From the NCBI GenBank assembly GCA_900088475.1, contig FLMG01002560.1, positions 1 to 36,460 on the forward strand: 36,460 nt of DNA, read 5' to 3'. The stretch is from Hyphochytrium catenoides. Taxonomy: Eukaryota; Protista; Hyphochytriomycota. Position numbers and translations under genes: made by a program. Positions within the stretch are counted from its first letter, which is position 1. Every line of letters starts with the position of its first letter. The notes beneath the pieces are model-generated. The model was given only the letters and a program-made list of their open reading frames with translations, had not been told where the DNA came from and searched no databases. Below are positions 24,516 to 36,445 of this stretch, piece after piece.

Positions 24516-26864
24516 AGCGACAGATCAGAGGAGAGGAAAGTGTTGAAGCGCTCCGCCCCCCATCTCCTCTTGGTTCCACACATTACCGAATAATTGTTTA
24601 CCTTATTTGGCATTTAGCCATTCACATTGCATATAACGTACATGAAGGACGAATGAAACGGACCTAGGAGCAAACCGCTAACGGTAATCCCTAACAGCTT
24701 TCTAAGCAAACCATGTCCTCTCTGCTGGTCCTTCATCAGGGGTCATAAAGGTTATATTAGGAGGGGGCGAGCAACAACAAAATCAAGTGAGTGCACCACG
24801 CGCGCCGGTAGTGGTGGGTTCATAATAAATGTACCACCTACAGAAGCATGATGATGACGTTTCCTTCCTTCCTCCCCAACCCCTTCTCTCTTCTCTCAAT
24901 CGGCTGCTATCTGTGTCTTCCTCCGGCCGGGTATCGCCGCGCCGGGTAGCATGGACAGAAGAGGATGATGTCAGTTCGTCGGCGGCCTTCTTCTTATCAT
25001 TATTAGGGTTATTCTTTCATTCGGCTGGGCATCATCATCACCATCGTCGTAGATCTGTCCTGATAGTTCACTGATCAAGTCCTTTTCTTTAATGATCACT
25101 CGAAAGTGAGGAGGCATAGGGGTAGCAGCCATCATCAAGACTGGGTCTTGGCATCCCTTACCCATCATTTGCATCAACAATACACATCTAGCGTCGTCGT
25201 ACTTTGTCTGCTGCAGCCGGCGCCTGCATAAGCATCAACCCATCATCATGATGATGCTCGTGAAGGATGTCTTTTTATGCTTCGTGCCCAACTTTCCACT
25301 GCGGCATTGTTATACGTATATCTCCTCAGACGGCTGCTAACCAGCTGAGTGCGCAGTGGACCCGACCGGTGTATGGGATGTGACCTCTTCTCTTTGAGAG
25401 CCGTCTGAGGAGATATACATATAACAGGCATGCTGACAGCCTATAAAAACAGGAAAAAGTGGTGAGGAGCTGTAAGGCGCTAACACAATAGGGGTTGGAG
25501 ACAAGAAAGACGGAGTGATGCGCAGTGCGTGCGGCTGCTCTGACGTGTTGTCTTAGAAACAAATGCCGTGACCGACGAGAAGGCTGTCATGCTGATATTA
25601 GAGGAGTAGGGGTTAGAAGTAATAAATAGAACCTTTGAGCTCCTCTGGTCCCGGGTATGATTTTGATGTCGTCAATAACAACGGAGTGGGAACTGAGTTA
25701 GCTGATAAGTCTTCGTCGTTTAAGCTTCTTGCCGGTCAGCGCCGACAACGCGAGGAGGAAGAAGACTGTTTAACTAGAGGGATTCTGAGGAGTCTTCTTC
25801 TCTTTTTTGATCGCAATCGAACTGTGTTGCTATAGAACTAGAAAGGATAAATTAGCTTCGGAGACTAGAGAGAGGAAGCGGAAGCACTATAACTTCGTCG
25901 AGACTGCTGTACGCATACATCAAGTTGACTAAGCTGTCCCTTCTCAAACCTGTAGAACTATGTCTTGGCGGCCAAAGTGCCATGACGGCTGCGGTTAGAA
26001 CTATCGTACAGAGCGTTGAGTGTCGTCTGCCTGATGGAACCTCCAAGAAATACTAGAGGTCGTCGGCTAGAAGATGCTCGATAGAATTCCTAGGACAACA
26101 GCGCTCATCTGATTGCTGGGCAGACGTCGTCGAACTGCAAAGAACTAAGAAGTATAACTCTTTCCTAGCAGTAGCCGCAGATGTAGTTCTATTGAGCAGC
26201 AGACCAACTCCGCCAAGTAGTTCACCGCTTGCTTGCGAATGGCCGTCGTTCCCTGGTCCTATTTGTGAATACTGTTATTATGATAGTAGTTCTTCTAACT
26301 TATAAATGCGGTATCCTTTTCGCCTGTAGAACTACCAGGGCCATTCGACCCCAATGAGTGATGAGGGTCGCTTGGGTCTCAATCTCTCAGGGATGAACTG
26401 ACTCCTTCGAACTCATCATGATGGCGCCCATGTGTAGCCCTTCTTCGGATGTCCTCATAGCTTTTGCTCCTAGTCCATTGTGTTCTTTGTACATGGCTTC
26501 TTCTCCTCCTCCCCTCCATAGTACCGGTGATAGCTTCCAGACCGCTCCCCTCCCATTCCTCAATTCTTTGACAGCTGTAGTACTCCAGACGAGCTTCGGA
26601 ACCAGCAAAACCTCCAGTTGAGAAACCTAAGCAGGAGCAGGACTTATCAAGCTAATGGACCTCCAACCTCCTGCTACACTAATAAAAATGCTAGTATGTT
26701 CATCATATAACGACAGCGGTAGTGGTGGCTTCTTGACAGTCCTGGTCTTCGTGCTGGGCTCCTCCTCCCTACTCGTACCTGCAAGATAATTTCCAGATTA
26801 CCAAGAGCCGAGCATATCCCTACGGCACACAACCACTAGTCTCAGCCATACACAACGGCTGGCG

Positions 26865-28940
26865 ATGCTGTTCATCATGGTGAAGCTTCAAACCTCGTTT
26901 CTGCTAACTTTCTTTGCCTTTCATATGGTCAGTGCGGAGCTACACCCTGAAGAAGGTAGCAATACAAGGACGCTGTCGGACGTGCCATCTTCGCGCAATA
27001 TTGGCAATGGGGTCACAAACAATGGCTCGCTGCCTGGAGCTCCACCATGCAGCCTGGTATTTTCCTATGGATTTCTGTTCTCCATCTGTCTCCTAACATC
27101 TCTCTACGGTTCTTTCTTCTTGAGATAGACAATAAACCAGCCCATCTCCAGCGAGGAGTTCAGTACAATTGCCAATGACCCAAACTCTGCAACTAGAGAG
27201 AGGCAGATGGTCGAAGCAAGCAGAGTAATTAGCTACGAAGCTCGAAGCGGAATAAGCCCGACAATGGGTGGGGAGAAAGGCGCAGCTCTTAGGGAAAAGG
27301 AGTTCGCGGATCTCATGGTAGAAGTCACCCCCTGGGCCGAGAAGGCGATTCTAAAAGGCGCGACAGTAGGCCTTTTAAACGCATTGACAACGCGTCAACT
27401 GCGGGATTATCAGAAACTATCAACAGGCTTTTGGGGAAGTCCCACTTATGAGTCGAATGAACTTCACAGATGACCGCGTCTTCGCGAGACAGATGTTTAC
27501 CTCATACCCGCACACACTCAAGAAAGTAACTGGACTTCCCTTCACACTTTCTGACGCCGACCTCTTGCCCTCCACTCTCACTGCCATTGGAGGTAGTCTG
27601 CAGGCCGCGCTGTCTCAAGGAAAAGTTTTCATAACTGACTTCACTCACATGAAGGACTTTGAAACTGCGAGAGGCAGGAAGAAGGAGTTCATGGGTCATC
27701 CTATTGCCGTCTTCGCGTGGTCGTCTCAAAGCTCCATCCTTATTCCATTAGCCATACAGATATTACCGCCTTCCGGTCTCATCTACACCTCTAAAGATAC
27801 CGAGGGAGACTGGCTACTGGCAAAAATTTTCTTTAACAATGCGGCTAATCAAGAGACAGCGGTGAATCACTTCCTTACATGTCACTTGGGCATAGAACCT
27901 CTCAAGGTCGCGGCCTACCGAAAGTTGGCGCCTAACCATCCGGTTCGGGCTCTCATAGAGTTTTATATGAGACTCATTTTTGGGAACAGCGCGCTCGGCT
28001 TTCGGTCTCTCTTCGCACCTCATATCGGGGTGTTGGATAACTGGGGCACGCTGGGCGGTAGCGGCTCAGCGGCGCTCATGGAGGCCTCGTACCCATCCTG
28101 GACCTTTTGGCAGGACTCACATGAGAACCAGATCGCCTCCCGAGGACTTGACGAGCTCCTGCCACATTTTGACTACTTCCAGGTAAGTCAGTAGTTTTAT
28201 ACTCAGATGTTGGCAGTTTGTAGCGTTTCTTCAATGTCGGGTTAAAGCCCACTACTGGCTTTATGGGCCCCTATGTCATTCTTTCTTACTTCCCTTTTCT
28301 CTGCGCTACTTTGTTAATGCTTTCGCTTATACAGGATGCGATGGCCACCAGCAAGGCAGTCAATACCTTCCTCTTGGACTTTTTAGGCCAATATTATTCG
28401 AGCGACAAAGAGGTCGCGGCCGATGCAGAGATTCAAGCATGGGCCGCCGACGCAGCAGATCCCGCTTACGGCAATGTCAAAGGTTTCCCTTCGAGACTAA
28501 CGAATCTCAAGGATTTAGCGGCCGTTCTCACGCACGTGGTGCACCTCACAACCTCTAAGCATCACTCTATGAACGCCTACGCGTTGCATGCGCTTATCTC
28601 TACCATCCCTTTTCAGGCTCCAACTTTTTATAGGCCACCTCCAACCACCAAGGGTGTGAAGATGCGTGACATAATGCAGTGGCTACCCAAACCCACGGCC
28701 GCTGCCATACAAATGGATGTGACTTGGGCCTTCCGCCGTCCGATTAAGGAGAGTGACGGCTTCTATACAGCGCTAAGGCTGTCACCTCTCAATAATGCTA
28801 GGACCGCATGCATTGTCAGCAAGTTCCTTCATGCTTTAGATGATATATCTGACAAGATTGAGGCCAGAGCAAGAGCTCAGCCTATCATTCCTTACAACAT
28901 CATCAGCCCGAAACGGATGCCTCACTACGTCTTCATTTAA
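26865..28940 (+). CDS. Lipoxygenase (catalytic domain only, N-terminal signal peptide); exons approx. 26865-27056, 27129-28182 (frame break near 27366-27435), 28335-28940
   Basis: Contains TDDRVFARQ, LIPLAIQ, DWLLAK, metal ligands HFLTCH (H-x4-H), HPV, EIQAW, KHHSMN and a C-terminal Ile (PHYVFI). The N-terminus LLTFFAFHMVSA is hydrophobic. Confidence 0.9.
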
Positions 28941-31070
28941 AAAAAAAGCTAATAACAAACAGCACTGGACGCTAGAGAAGAAAGAGGACAGAACATGGTT
29001 CGGAGTTACCGGGTTCTTCTACCTCTAAAGCTATTGACGGTAGAATCGTTCAATTGCTTCTTCTATTCAGCGAAAGGATGATACTCCTCCCAACAGCAGT
29101 CATCTGACAAAGGTTTGCCAATGCCTCATCAGTTTGCTTTTGTTATCCTTTTCCTTATATCGACATAATATGATGCAGATTTCTTCATATAGCGGAGCGG
29201 TATTCTCCTTCATCAGCAGTTGGACGTTTATCTTGTTAGCCTGGTCCAGCGTGCCTATGCCTTATCTTCTTCTCCCCATATTCCTATCATTATTGTGCTG
29301 ACGAAAATTATCTAGTAGAGTATTCCTTTACTACCAATAGCTACATGGTACCGTAGTGGTAGGGAGAGAGTTGAGGGGCCAAGATCACTTTTTGCAGCTC
29401 TTACCCCTTCTCTTTTTTGTTCTTCATCTTTGGATGAGCAGCATTTGCTAGTTCAAATCTCCATCTTCAGTCTCTTTGCTGTCTCTTCTCTACTTATCTT
29501 ATGTCTTTCTTTCTCTCTCTCTCTTTTTCTCCTGCAAACCCTAAATCCACATGCCAAAGTTTGTAAGGTCATCTCAATCTACTCAACGGCGTCAGTTGTC
29601 CTCTTCTCTGATACGCATTCTCCTCATTCCTGTGGCAAGGTGCGTGTCTCTATTGCGCAGCGCCAGATCTCTTTCTCTACGGATTCTCCACTTTCCTCCT
29701 AGTCTCTCACCCCCAACAAGCAGTGTTAACATTTCTTTCTCTTCTGTACGCCTTCACAACACTTTATGTCCATTGATTATTGCGCGCCATATAAGCGAGC
29801 AGAGCTTTTGATGTCTTGCCCGGGGCCGTTATTCCCGCTGTTAATCGTGAGTCCAATCATCAGTTGGTGGTTCCCTTCACTTTTGGAGTTTTATCAGGCT
29901 TACCAGTCTATATTAATTGATGGATAACTTCTCTCCCTTTTCCGGAAAGACATCGCTCAGGAAGTAGGTCGTGCTCTCTGACTATCCAGACTACTCTTCT
30001 ATAATTTTCTCCATTCTTCTCCCACCGCCGCTTCCAGCGGCAATTCTCTCCTCTGCTCCTCCTCCTTCTTCTTCCCCTCGTCAACCCAGGAAAGAAAGAT
30101 GATAACGATAACTCCTTTTATTTTGGTAAGTTAAGGGAGATAATGATGAGAGAGACGGGGAGAGACACCACCAACGCTTTGATACCTTACTACTTCTCCA
30201 AATTAGTTCCGTTGAACTCTGTTTAGTGGACCAGCGAGAAATTAGAACCTTTTTCCCCTCTCTCTGTCTCTCTTTCTCCCTCTTTTTCTCTCTCTTTATT
30301 CCCTTCCGACTTTCTATATGCTTGCTCACCTCCTATCAGCCCTCCTGTCCAGGTGATGCATCATCTATCTTGAGATCCAGCACAAGAAGAGAAAAATATA
30401 AGTAGAAAACAGCTCTTAACTCCGTCTTCATCGCTATACCTGACTTTTGAGACAAAACGTGACGCAGCAACGCGCCGTCAGACTGGATCTGCACCAAGGA
30501 TGGATTAGTAGGCATGGGATTTATTAAGGCTATCTAGTTGCACAGAAGAAAGCTCTGCGGCAGAGTTCTAGTAGACTGAAGTGGCAAAGGGAACACCAAG
30601 CCTAGAAAGCACTACCATAGAGCACAAAGCGCGTAAGAAGTAGAAGAATCGCTTGATTGACAGTGTTGCTCCTCTGAGATGAAAAGAGTTATCTGATCGA
30701 AGTTAAAGCTGTTAGAAGAAGCTTGTGCTCACTCCTGTGCTCTTTCAATCACTTCGTGTGACGAACTCACCTAAAAGCCACTCTTCAGTTCCTAGAGCAG
30801 CGTCTATGACCTATCTTTGTCTTTCAGGTACTGTTGTACTGCTCCAGCGGGTTCCCATTACCCTGCATGATGTCATCATTTTATCTGCCCATTACTAAGC
30901 AGACATTGACCCTGCCTTCCCATCATAGAGCTCTAGGATACAAAGACCTTTTTTTATCTGGATCACCCAGCAGCGAAATCTGCCTTGCAGCTAGCGGTCG
31001 TTCGTACAATCTCTAGTGCTGAATACTTAGTTATAGGATAGGAACTGACTGGCGACTGTATGAGACACAG

Positions 31071-31157
31071 CGCTCAACACTGAGCGAGGGGCAGCCTTCG
31101 CCTTAGTTAACCGCAGGATAAGTAAGGCCGGCACTCGACGGTTCGTGAGTGGCTGCC
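31071..31157. other. Predicted hairpin plus three-way junction (candidate structured ncRNA or element terminus)
   Basis: Pairings: CGCTCA/TGAGCG; GGCAGC/GCTGCC closing GCCTTAGTTAACC/GGATAAGTAAGGC and CACTC-ACG/CGT-GAGTG. Confidence 0.35.
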
Positions 31158-32352
31158 AGAAAGGAGCCTTCTTCTCATCTCATGGTCTCTTCGCTTTTCC
31201 TGTGCTGCTCGTGATAGTAGTCTTACTCAAAAACTATTCTCTCTTCCGTTTACACTTCATCTTCATCTCTCTTCATCTTCTACTCAGATGGATTGCCCTT
31301 GCTGTCAGAAAACTTTCTAATTATTACTATATTAACATTATTCTCTGAATAAACATTGCGTTGAGCTTGGTCCAACTCTCTGCTCATCTTCCAATCTTCA
31401 TCGCCGCCATTCACGTTCTTCTTCTGATGACTAGCGTTATCAAGAGGTGCGTGGGACAAGAAGTCGATAGAGCAAGAGAAACAGAGCAGACAATAAAGCG
31501 GAATTCAACAAACAAAGAAGGGTCCTCTGCAAGCAGAAGAAGAGGAGAGGCGGAAGGGAAGGAAAGCGGCGGTGGCGACTAGTAGTAAAGATAAAGACTG
31601 AGGGAATCATAGGCAGGGGTTGCCAATTAACACGGCGAAAGAAGTAGCTCTTCCGCTGGTATGGGCTGATACTATGCTCACAGTATCTTGATTGGCAGGA
31701 CAGTAGCTCGTGGTCGTAGCTGCCCTTCGTCCCATGATGTTATTACTCTCTTACAGCATTTCCTGTGCTCTTCTTTCTGAATACCGCTGTTTTCGGTGCA
31801 GAAGAAGGTGACATGTTCGGGACAACACCTACCGGTATTTATTTTTATGCTGCCGCATCCTTTCCCTTCTACCTCGTATATTTGTTCCTGCTTCTCATTC
31901 CAAGCTCACGACCGGCGGTCTCTCTGTTATTACTCGGTAACCAATGGAGCCGAAGGAAAATGTAAGAGGCAAAAATTTGTGAGGTCTGTCTATGCCAGGC
32001 CGCATTAACCCCAAGAAGGGAGGACTCTTTAGCTTATTAGGGCAAAGCCATAGCATCAGAGGAAGGTAAGGAACGAAAGGACCAAAGCAGGAGCAGAGAC
32101 AGCTCCAGCAGGAATCCTCCAACAAGAAGCACCACACAGTCAGATTAATGGCTAAAGGAACCTTCTCCTCTACAGATGGCGTGGGGCAGCGGAGGAGGGC
32201 GAATGGAGACCCGATAATCTACCAAAACCCAATGGTCTTTGCACTGGATCCCACCTTCTTCTTCTGCCCGTCCGCTGATGGAAGGAATCGTATGCGACTT
32301 TGTACTGAATCTGCCGTTTTCTGTCTCTCGGGTCGATGGAGATTTTTCTACA

Positions 32353-32553
32353 GCGTTTGGATGCAGCTATAGATCTATGAGGATGGAGGGTCACTATATG
32401 ATAACCAAACCAAGTGATAACTGATAGCTGACTAACATGGTGAAGTGTTGTGCTGTTGTGCTTGGATGCTTTGTGCTTGGATGCTTTGTGCTTGGTGCTC
32501 GCATTGCGTTTGGATGCAGCTATAGATCTATGCGTTTGTTTGGATGCAGCTAT
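32353..32553 (+). repeat. Cluster of short direct repeats: 27-bp GCGTTTGGATGCAGCTATAGATCTATG x2 plus a partial third copy, and a 15-bp tandem TGTGCTTGGATGCTT x~2.5
   Basis: Copies at 32353-32379, 32506-32532 and partial 32538-32553. The tandem lies at 32457-32495. Confidence 0.85.
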
Positions 32554-32649
32554 CCTAGCTCTATGCCATTGTGCTTCGATATATGGAAAAGCTGCGCGTG
32601 AATTCACTCTACATTCTTGCCTTGTATCACGGGCGGACTTGCAACGCCG

Positions 32650-33258
32650 ATGCCGCCGAAGTGTGCGGTTCCTGACTGTCAACGCCAGCGCCGGGGGAAG
32701 AAAGACAAGTGCTATCGTCATTTGTCTCTCGCGGGTGTGAAGATGCCCCAGAAACGGAAAATTTGTCAGGTGGATGGATGCAGCAAACGTCAGGTATCGA
32801 CATTGACCCGTTGCTGCCTGAGGCATAGTAACGATCTTCCAGACCGGGGCGGGTTGGTATTGAAGCGCTGTGACGTGGAGGGTTGTACGACTTTGCGAAG
32901 ATCAAAGTCAACTAAATGCGTTGAACATGCTAAGGCCGCTGGTGATGGGCCAATACTATGTCTGCTTGACGGTTGTGACAAGGCACGCAGGGGAAAGAAT
33001 GGCCTTTGCTACCGCCACCGTCACGTCCGTGTGCCGGCTGCCGTAATTGAGCTGCATCAAGCGGTGGAACGAGACACAGAAGGTGCTGACCAGGAACCAG
33101 AATCGTCAGAACCAGAAGCTGTACCCCAAGAGACCAACCCGACTCCTTCTGAAAGAGGCAATACTAATGGCGTGTCTGGCAGCATGCCTTGTCTACCAGA
33201 TGCCGTCCTTCACTTACTATCTCTCGCTAGTGGCCGGTTGCACAATCCTAAGAGTTAG
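32650..33258 (+). CDS. Intronless protein with four C-x4-C-x10/11-C-x2-H repeats (WRKY19-like zinc-finger repeats)
   Basis: Repeats: CAVPDCQRQRRGKKDKCYRH, CQVDGCSKRQVSTLTRCCLRH, CDVEGCTTLRRSKSTKCVEH, CLLDGCDKARRGKNGLCYRH, followed by an acidic/Pro tail. First ATG is at 32650. Confidence 0.75.
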   Translation: MPPKCAVPDCQRQRRGKKDKCYRHLSLAGVKMPQKRKICQVDGCSKRQVSTLTRCCLRHSNDLPDRGGLVLKRCDVEGCTTLRRSKSTKCVEHAKAAGDGPILCLLDGCDKARRGKNGLCYRHRHVRVPAAVIELHQAVERDTEGADQEPESSEPEAVPQETNPTPSERGNTNGVSGSMPCLPDAVLHLLSLASGRLHNPKS

Positions 33259-35177
33259 CCACCCTTGGCTGATTCAACCTGTTGCATTGCCGTTCCTATT
33301 TGTACTGAGGCGGTTCCTTTCCCACTCTATTTTTGTGGGTCAAGAAGCCGCTTGGCGTTTATTTGCTGTGCTGTTACGGGAGGACAGGATAGGAGAGAGA
33401 ATGAGAGGGAGAGCAAGATGAGGGGATAGGGGAGAGGGAGAGCAAGAAGAGCGGATAGGCGAGAGAGACAGCAGAGATAGAGGAGAGGGGGAGAAGAGAG
33501 ACTGCAGATAGTAAGATTCACCCTGAGGAGAGTAAATCCTCCTTCTCCGCAGTGGATTATTAGCAGCGTTGTTGACGAGAACAATCCGAGGGGCACCCCT
33601 TGGGGACTTCAGAAGACGACGACTCTCATCCATCTGCAGAAGAAGGCCTTAGGGAAAAATGAGGGAGTGAATAAAGAGTTTGAGCACTGATGATGAGCTG
33701 ACAAAATAGGTTCTGTGCTTTATTATCGATCGAAGAAGATCCTCTCTGCCTTACGATATCTTGAACAAGAAGAGGGAAAGGAAGTGGAGTTTTTTGGCTA
33801 CTTGTCCTCTATATAGTATGACAGGCAATGCCGAGTGGTGATGATGTTCGTTCGTAGCAGAAACCGAAAGCGAAAGAACAATTCAAGAAGAGAGAGAAAT
33901 TGACGATGTACTGTCCTCTCCTTCTCTCACTCGCTCTCTCTCTCTTTCTCTTTTCTTTTGCTCCTTTCCCTTAAGAAATACCGCACCTTTCTCCCCTTCA
34001 TCTTGGCCCCAGTCTATTGACGCTTGGCACGTTGACCTTTTTCGGAGTGACAGAGAAAGACGTCGAAGCGAGAGAGAGAATGCAACGGTAGACGGAAAAA
34101 CATTGGAGCTAAAGGCCCTGTGTCCCCGTTTGTTATCCGAGCCAGGCGCATACATGCTTCATGCGTCAACTTCCGCTGCTTCTGCTCGCCAGTCCCTCTC
34201 TACTTTCTCCTTGGCAGAGTGAAAGAACTGAGGAATGAAGGAAGAGAAGAAGCCAACAAGCAGGAGGAGAGGGAGGAGGAAGAGAGGAAGATGGAGGTGA
34301 AGGGATAGACATAGTGAGAACGTGACGGGAATATGGAGGCAGATAGACGGGAGACAATGAACCTTTGTACCATAATAGAGGGGAGAGGTATCCGCAGATC
34401 CTAGTGCATATTCCTTTTTGAAAAGTAAAGACAGATGCTATCTTCATTGAAGAAAGCAAAGGACCATATCACATGTAAGAAGAAAGTGAGCAGGGCTATC
34501 TAAGTCCTCGCTTCAGTGTGTCGGCTCCCTAGCCCCGGCAAAGCTTCGCAGTTGAGAATATGTGGACGTGATCATCAGGACTCTCTTTTACAACGAAGCT
34601 TACCGCCAAGTCATCTCTACTGAACAGGCCGCCATCCGTTGAACGAAATCTATGAAGAAATGGGAGAAGAAAGATGTAACTTTATCGAGAAAAAGGGAAG
34701 CCAAGGCGACAGAGATAGGATGCCTTTTTGCTGGGCTCCTCCTTCTTCTCCTATTCAGCTGCTCGTAGTAGGGCGGGCTCCAAGAGATAAGTGTGGCAGC
34801 TCCTCGTAACTCAGACTAATATAGTCGAGCGTCCAGCGAGGTGCACATATATAACATCCTTCTTCCCTCTTACAAACAGTCTTCTGAGAGAAGGTAAGAC
34901 TTGCTGCAACATCCTCATATACTAGTAGAGCGAGTACATAGCACAGAAAGTGGAGGTGCTAACTCACCTTATTACTCTTTTCTTCCATTTTTTCTCCAGT
35001 CTTTCTCCCGCCGTACCGTCGCTTCCCCCCGTCTATTAGTTCTACTAACGAAAATAACGATACCTCCTTTTTTTAAGTTAATATAGGAGAGACAATGAGA
35101 GAGACAGGGAGAGACCGAGGTTCTGATGATATCAACTTTCCCAGATCTATCAGTACCCCTAAAATCTGGGTAAAGGG

Positions 35178-35255
35178 AGCGAGAGAAGGAATACAGACGC
35201 TTTTTCTTTTCCTTCCAGCGAGAGAAGGAATACAGATGCTTTTTCTTTTCCTTCC
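35178..35255 (+). repeat. 39-bp tandem duplication (one mismatch)
   Basis: AGCGAGAGAAGGAATACAGA(C/T)GCTTTTTCTTTTCCTTCC at 35178-35216 and 35217-35255. Confidence 0.9.
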
Positions 35256-35572
35256 TTTCTCTCTGTCTCCCTCCTTCTCCTCGTTTTCTTCTCTGACTTT
35301 TCTCTCTCTCCCTCCTTCTCCTCTTCCCTGATGTCTCTAAGCTCGCTCATCTCCTATAAGAAGCATGCAGGCCAGGAGCTAAAGAATCAGGTGGACAAGG
35401 ACCTGACAGCGGGAGCATCCGGATTATTGCAGCAAGTAAATGGGAGAGGGTTATGGCAGCCGGTGAACTAGGAGTGAGGAGACAGAGGTTAAGGAGTACT
35501 GGATTAGAAGTAAAAAGCGTGCAGGGCAGCAGCAAAAGTGTCAGGGGGGACAAGAATAGATACAGGGAGCAT

Positions 35573-36445
35573 TAGGGTTACGGCACCGGCATTACTAAAG
35601 CAGCCACCGGGTTATAATCGCAAATTTAGTGGCGGGTTATAGCGGCGGGTTATAGCGGCGGGTTATAGCGGCGGGCTAATGAAAGGATTGCGGGTTAGTG
35701 GAAGGGCATAGAAAAATTGCAGGGGGATAGGAAAACAGCAGCACGTTGTCAGAAAGAAAGCCGCGATGAGAAAAAGGCAGCGGCCGGTGGCAGCGGTTGA
35801 TAGCAGTGGTTTATCGCAGCAGGCTAAGACAAAAAATAAAGCAGCGGCTTGTGGCAGCGGTCCCTGGCAGCGGTTTATGGCAATGGGCTACTTTATGGCA
35901 GCGGTTAGAATAGCTATTGATAGATATAGCAGCGCTTTATGGCAGCAGTTCATGGCAGCGGTTTATAGCAGCGGTTCATGGCAGTGGTTTATGGCAATGT
36001 TTTTTTTTATAGCAGCGATTTGGAATAGCTATAGATTGCTAAGGGTTATGTGTATGGTATATGGCAGCATTTATGGCAAAGGGTAACGGCAGCGGTTTAT
36101 GGCTGCGATTGATGGGAAGGGGTTTCGGCAGCAGCTTGTGGTAGGGTTAGGGTATAGAACGGGCAGCGGGTAAGAGAAAGGGCTTGGGCAAGGCAAAGAG
36201 CGCCGCGTTAGAAAAAACAGCGGGATAGGGAGTTCGTCAGCAAGCGAGTTGCAGAGGGGTAGTCAGTGGGTGAAAGCGGGTTTGGCGGGTTAGTAAGCGG
36301 GTTAGTGAGTGGGATAGTGAGCGGGCGAAGGAAACGGTAGCGAAGGGCAGGGGGTTAGGGAAAGGGCCAGGGTTAGAAAAAGGCCAGTGAAGAAGGGAAC
36401 GAGCAGCGTGTAGGTTACTTTACGCCTGCAGAGGTTAGGGGATGG
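35573..36445 (+). repeat. G-rich degenerate minisatellite with telomere-like units (possible subtelomeric repeat)
   Basis: 13-bp GGCGGGTTATAGC x3.5 at 35631-35675, many GGCAGCGGTTTAT variants at about 35790-36105, and scattered TTAGGG/AGGGTTAG units near 35573, 36142-36152, 36351-36360 and 36433-36441. Confidence 0.6.

Noticed and set aside
24700-26800. Short minus- and plus-strand ORFs that could form a gene
   Set aside because: No consistent splice chain or recognisable motif could be built. A decayed or divergent gene cannot be excluded.
29040-29260. Coding-like minus-strand stretch (LDQANKINVQLLMKENTAPLYEEICIIL...) interrupted by stops
   Set aside because: Possible pseudogene fragment, but I recognise no family without a BLASTX search.
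31050-31157. Hammerhead ribozyme, tRNA or U1 snRNA identity for the structured element
   Set aside because: It lacks the CUGANGA/GAAA core, the T-loop GTTCRA in cloverleaf context, and the U1 ATACTTACCTG 5' end.
32353-32553. 27-bp direct repeats as a possible CRISPR array
   Set aside because: Only two full copies with irregular spacing, no cas genes, and a eukaryotic context.
32170-32826. 218-aa minus-strand ORF with ASKHK repeats
   Set aside because: It is antisense to the zinc-finger ORF and is explained by the 15-bp tandem repeat.
35766-36086. 106-aa ORF with WQxFMA repeats
   Set aside because: It is a translation of the degenerate 13-bp minisatellite.
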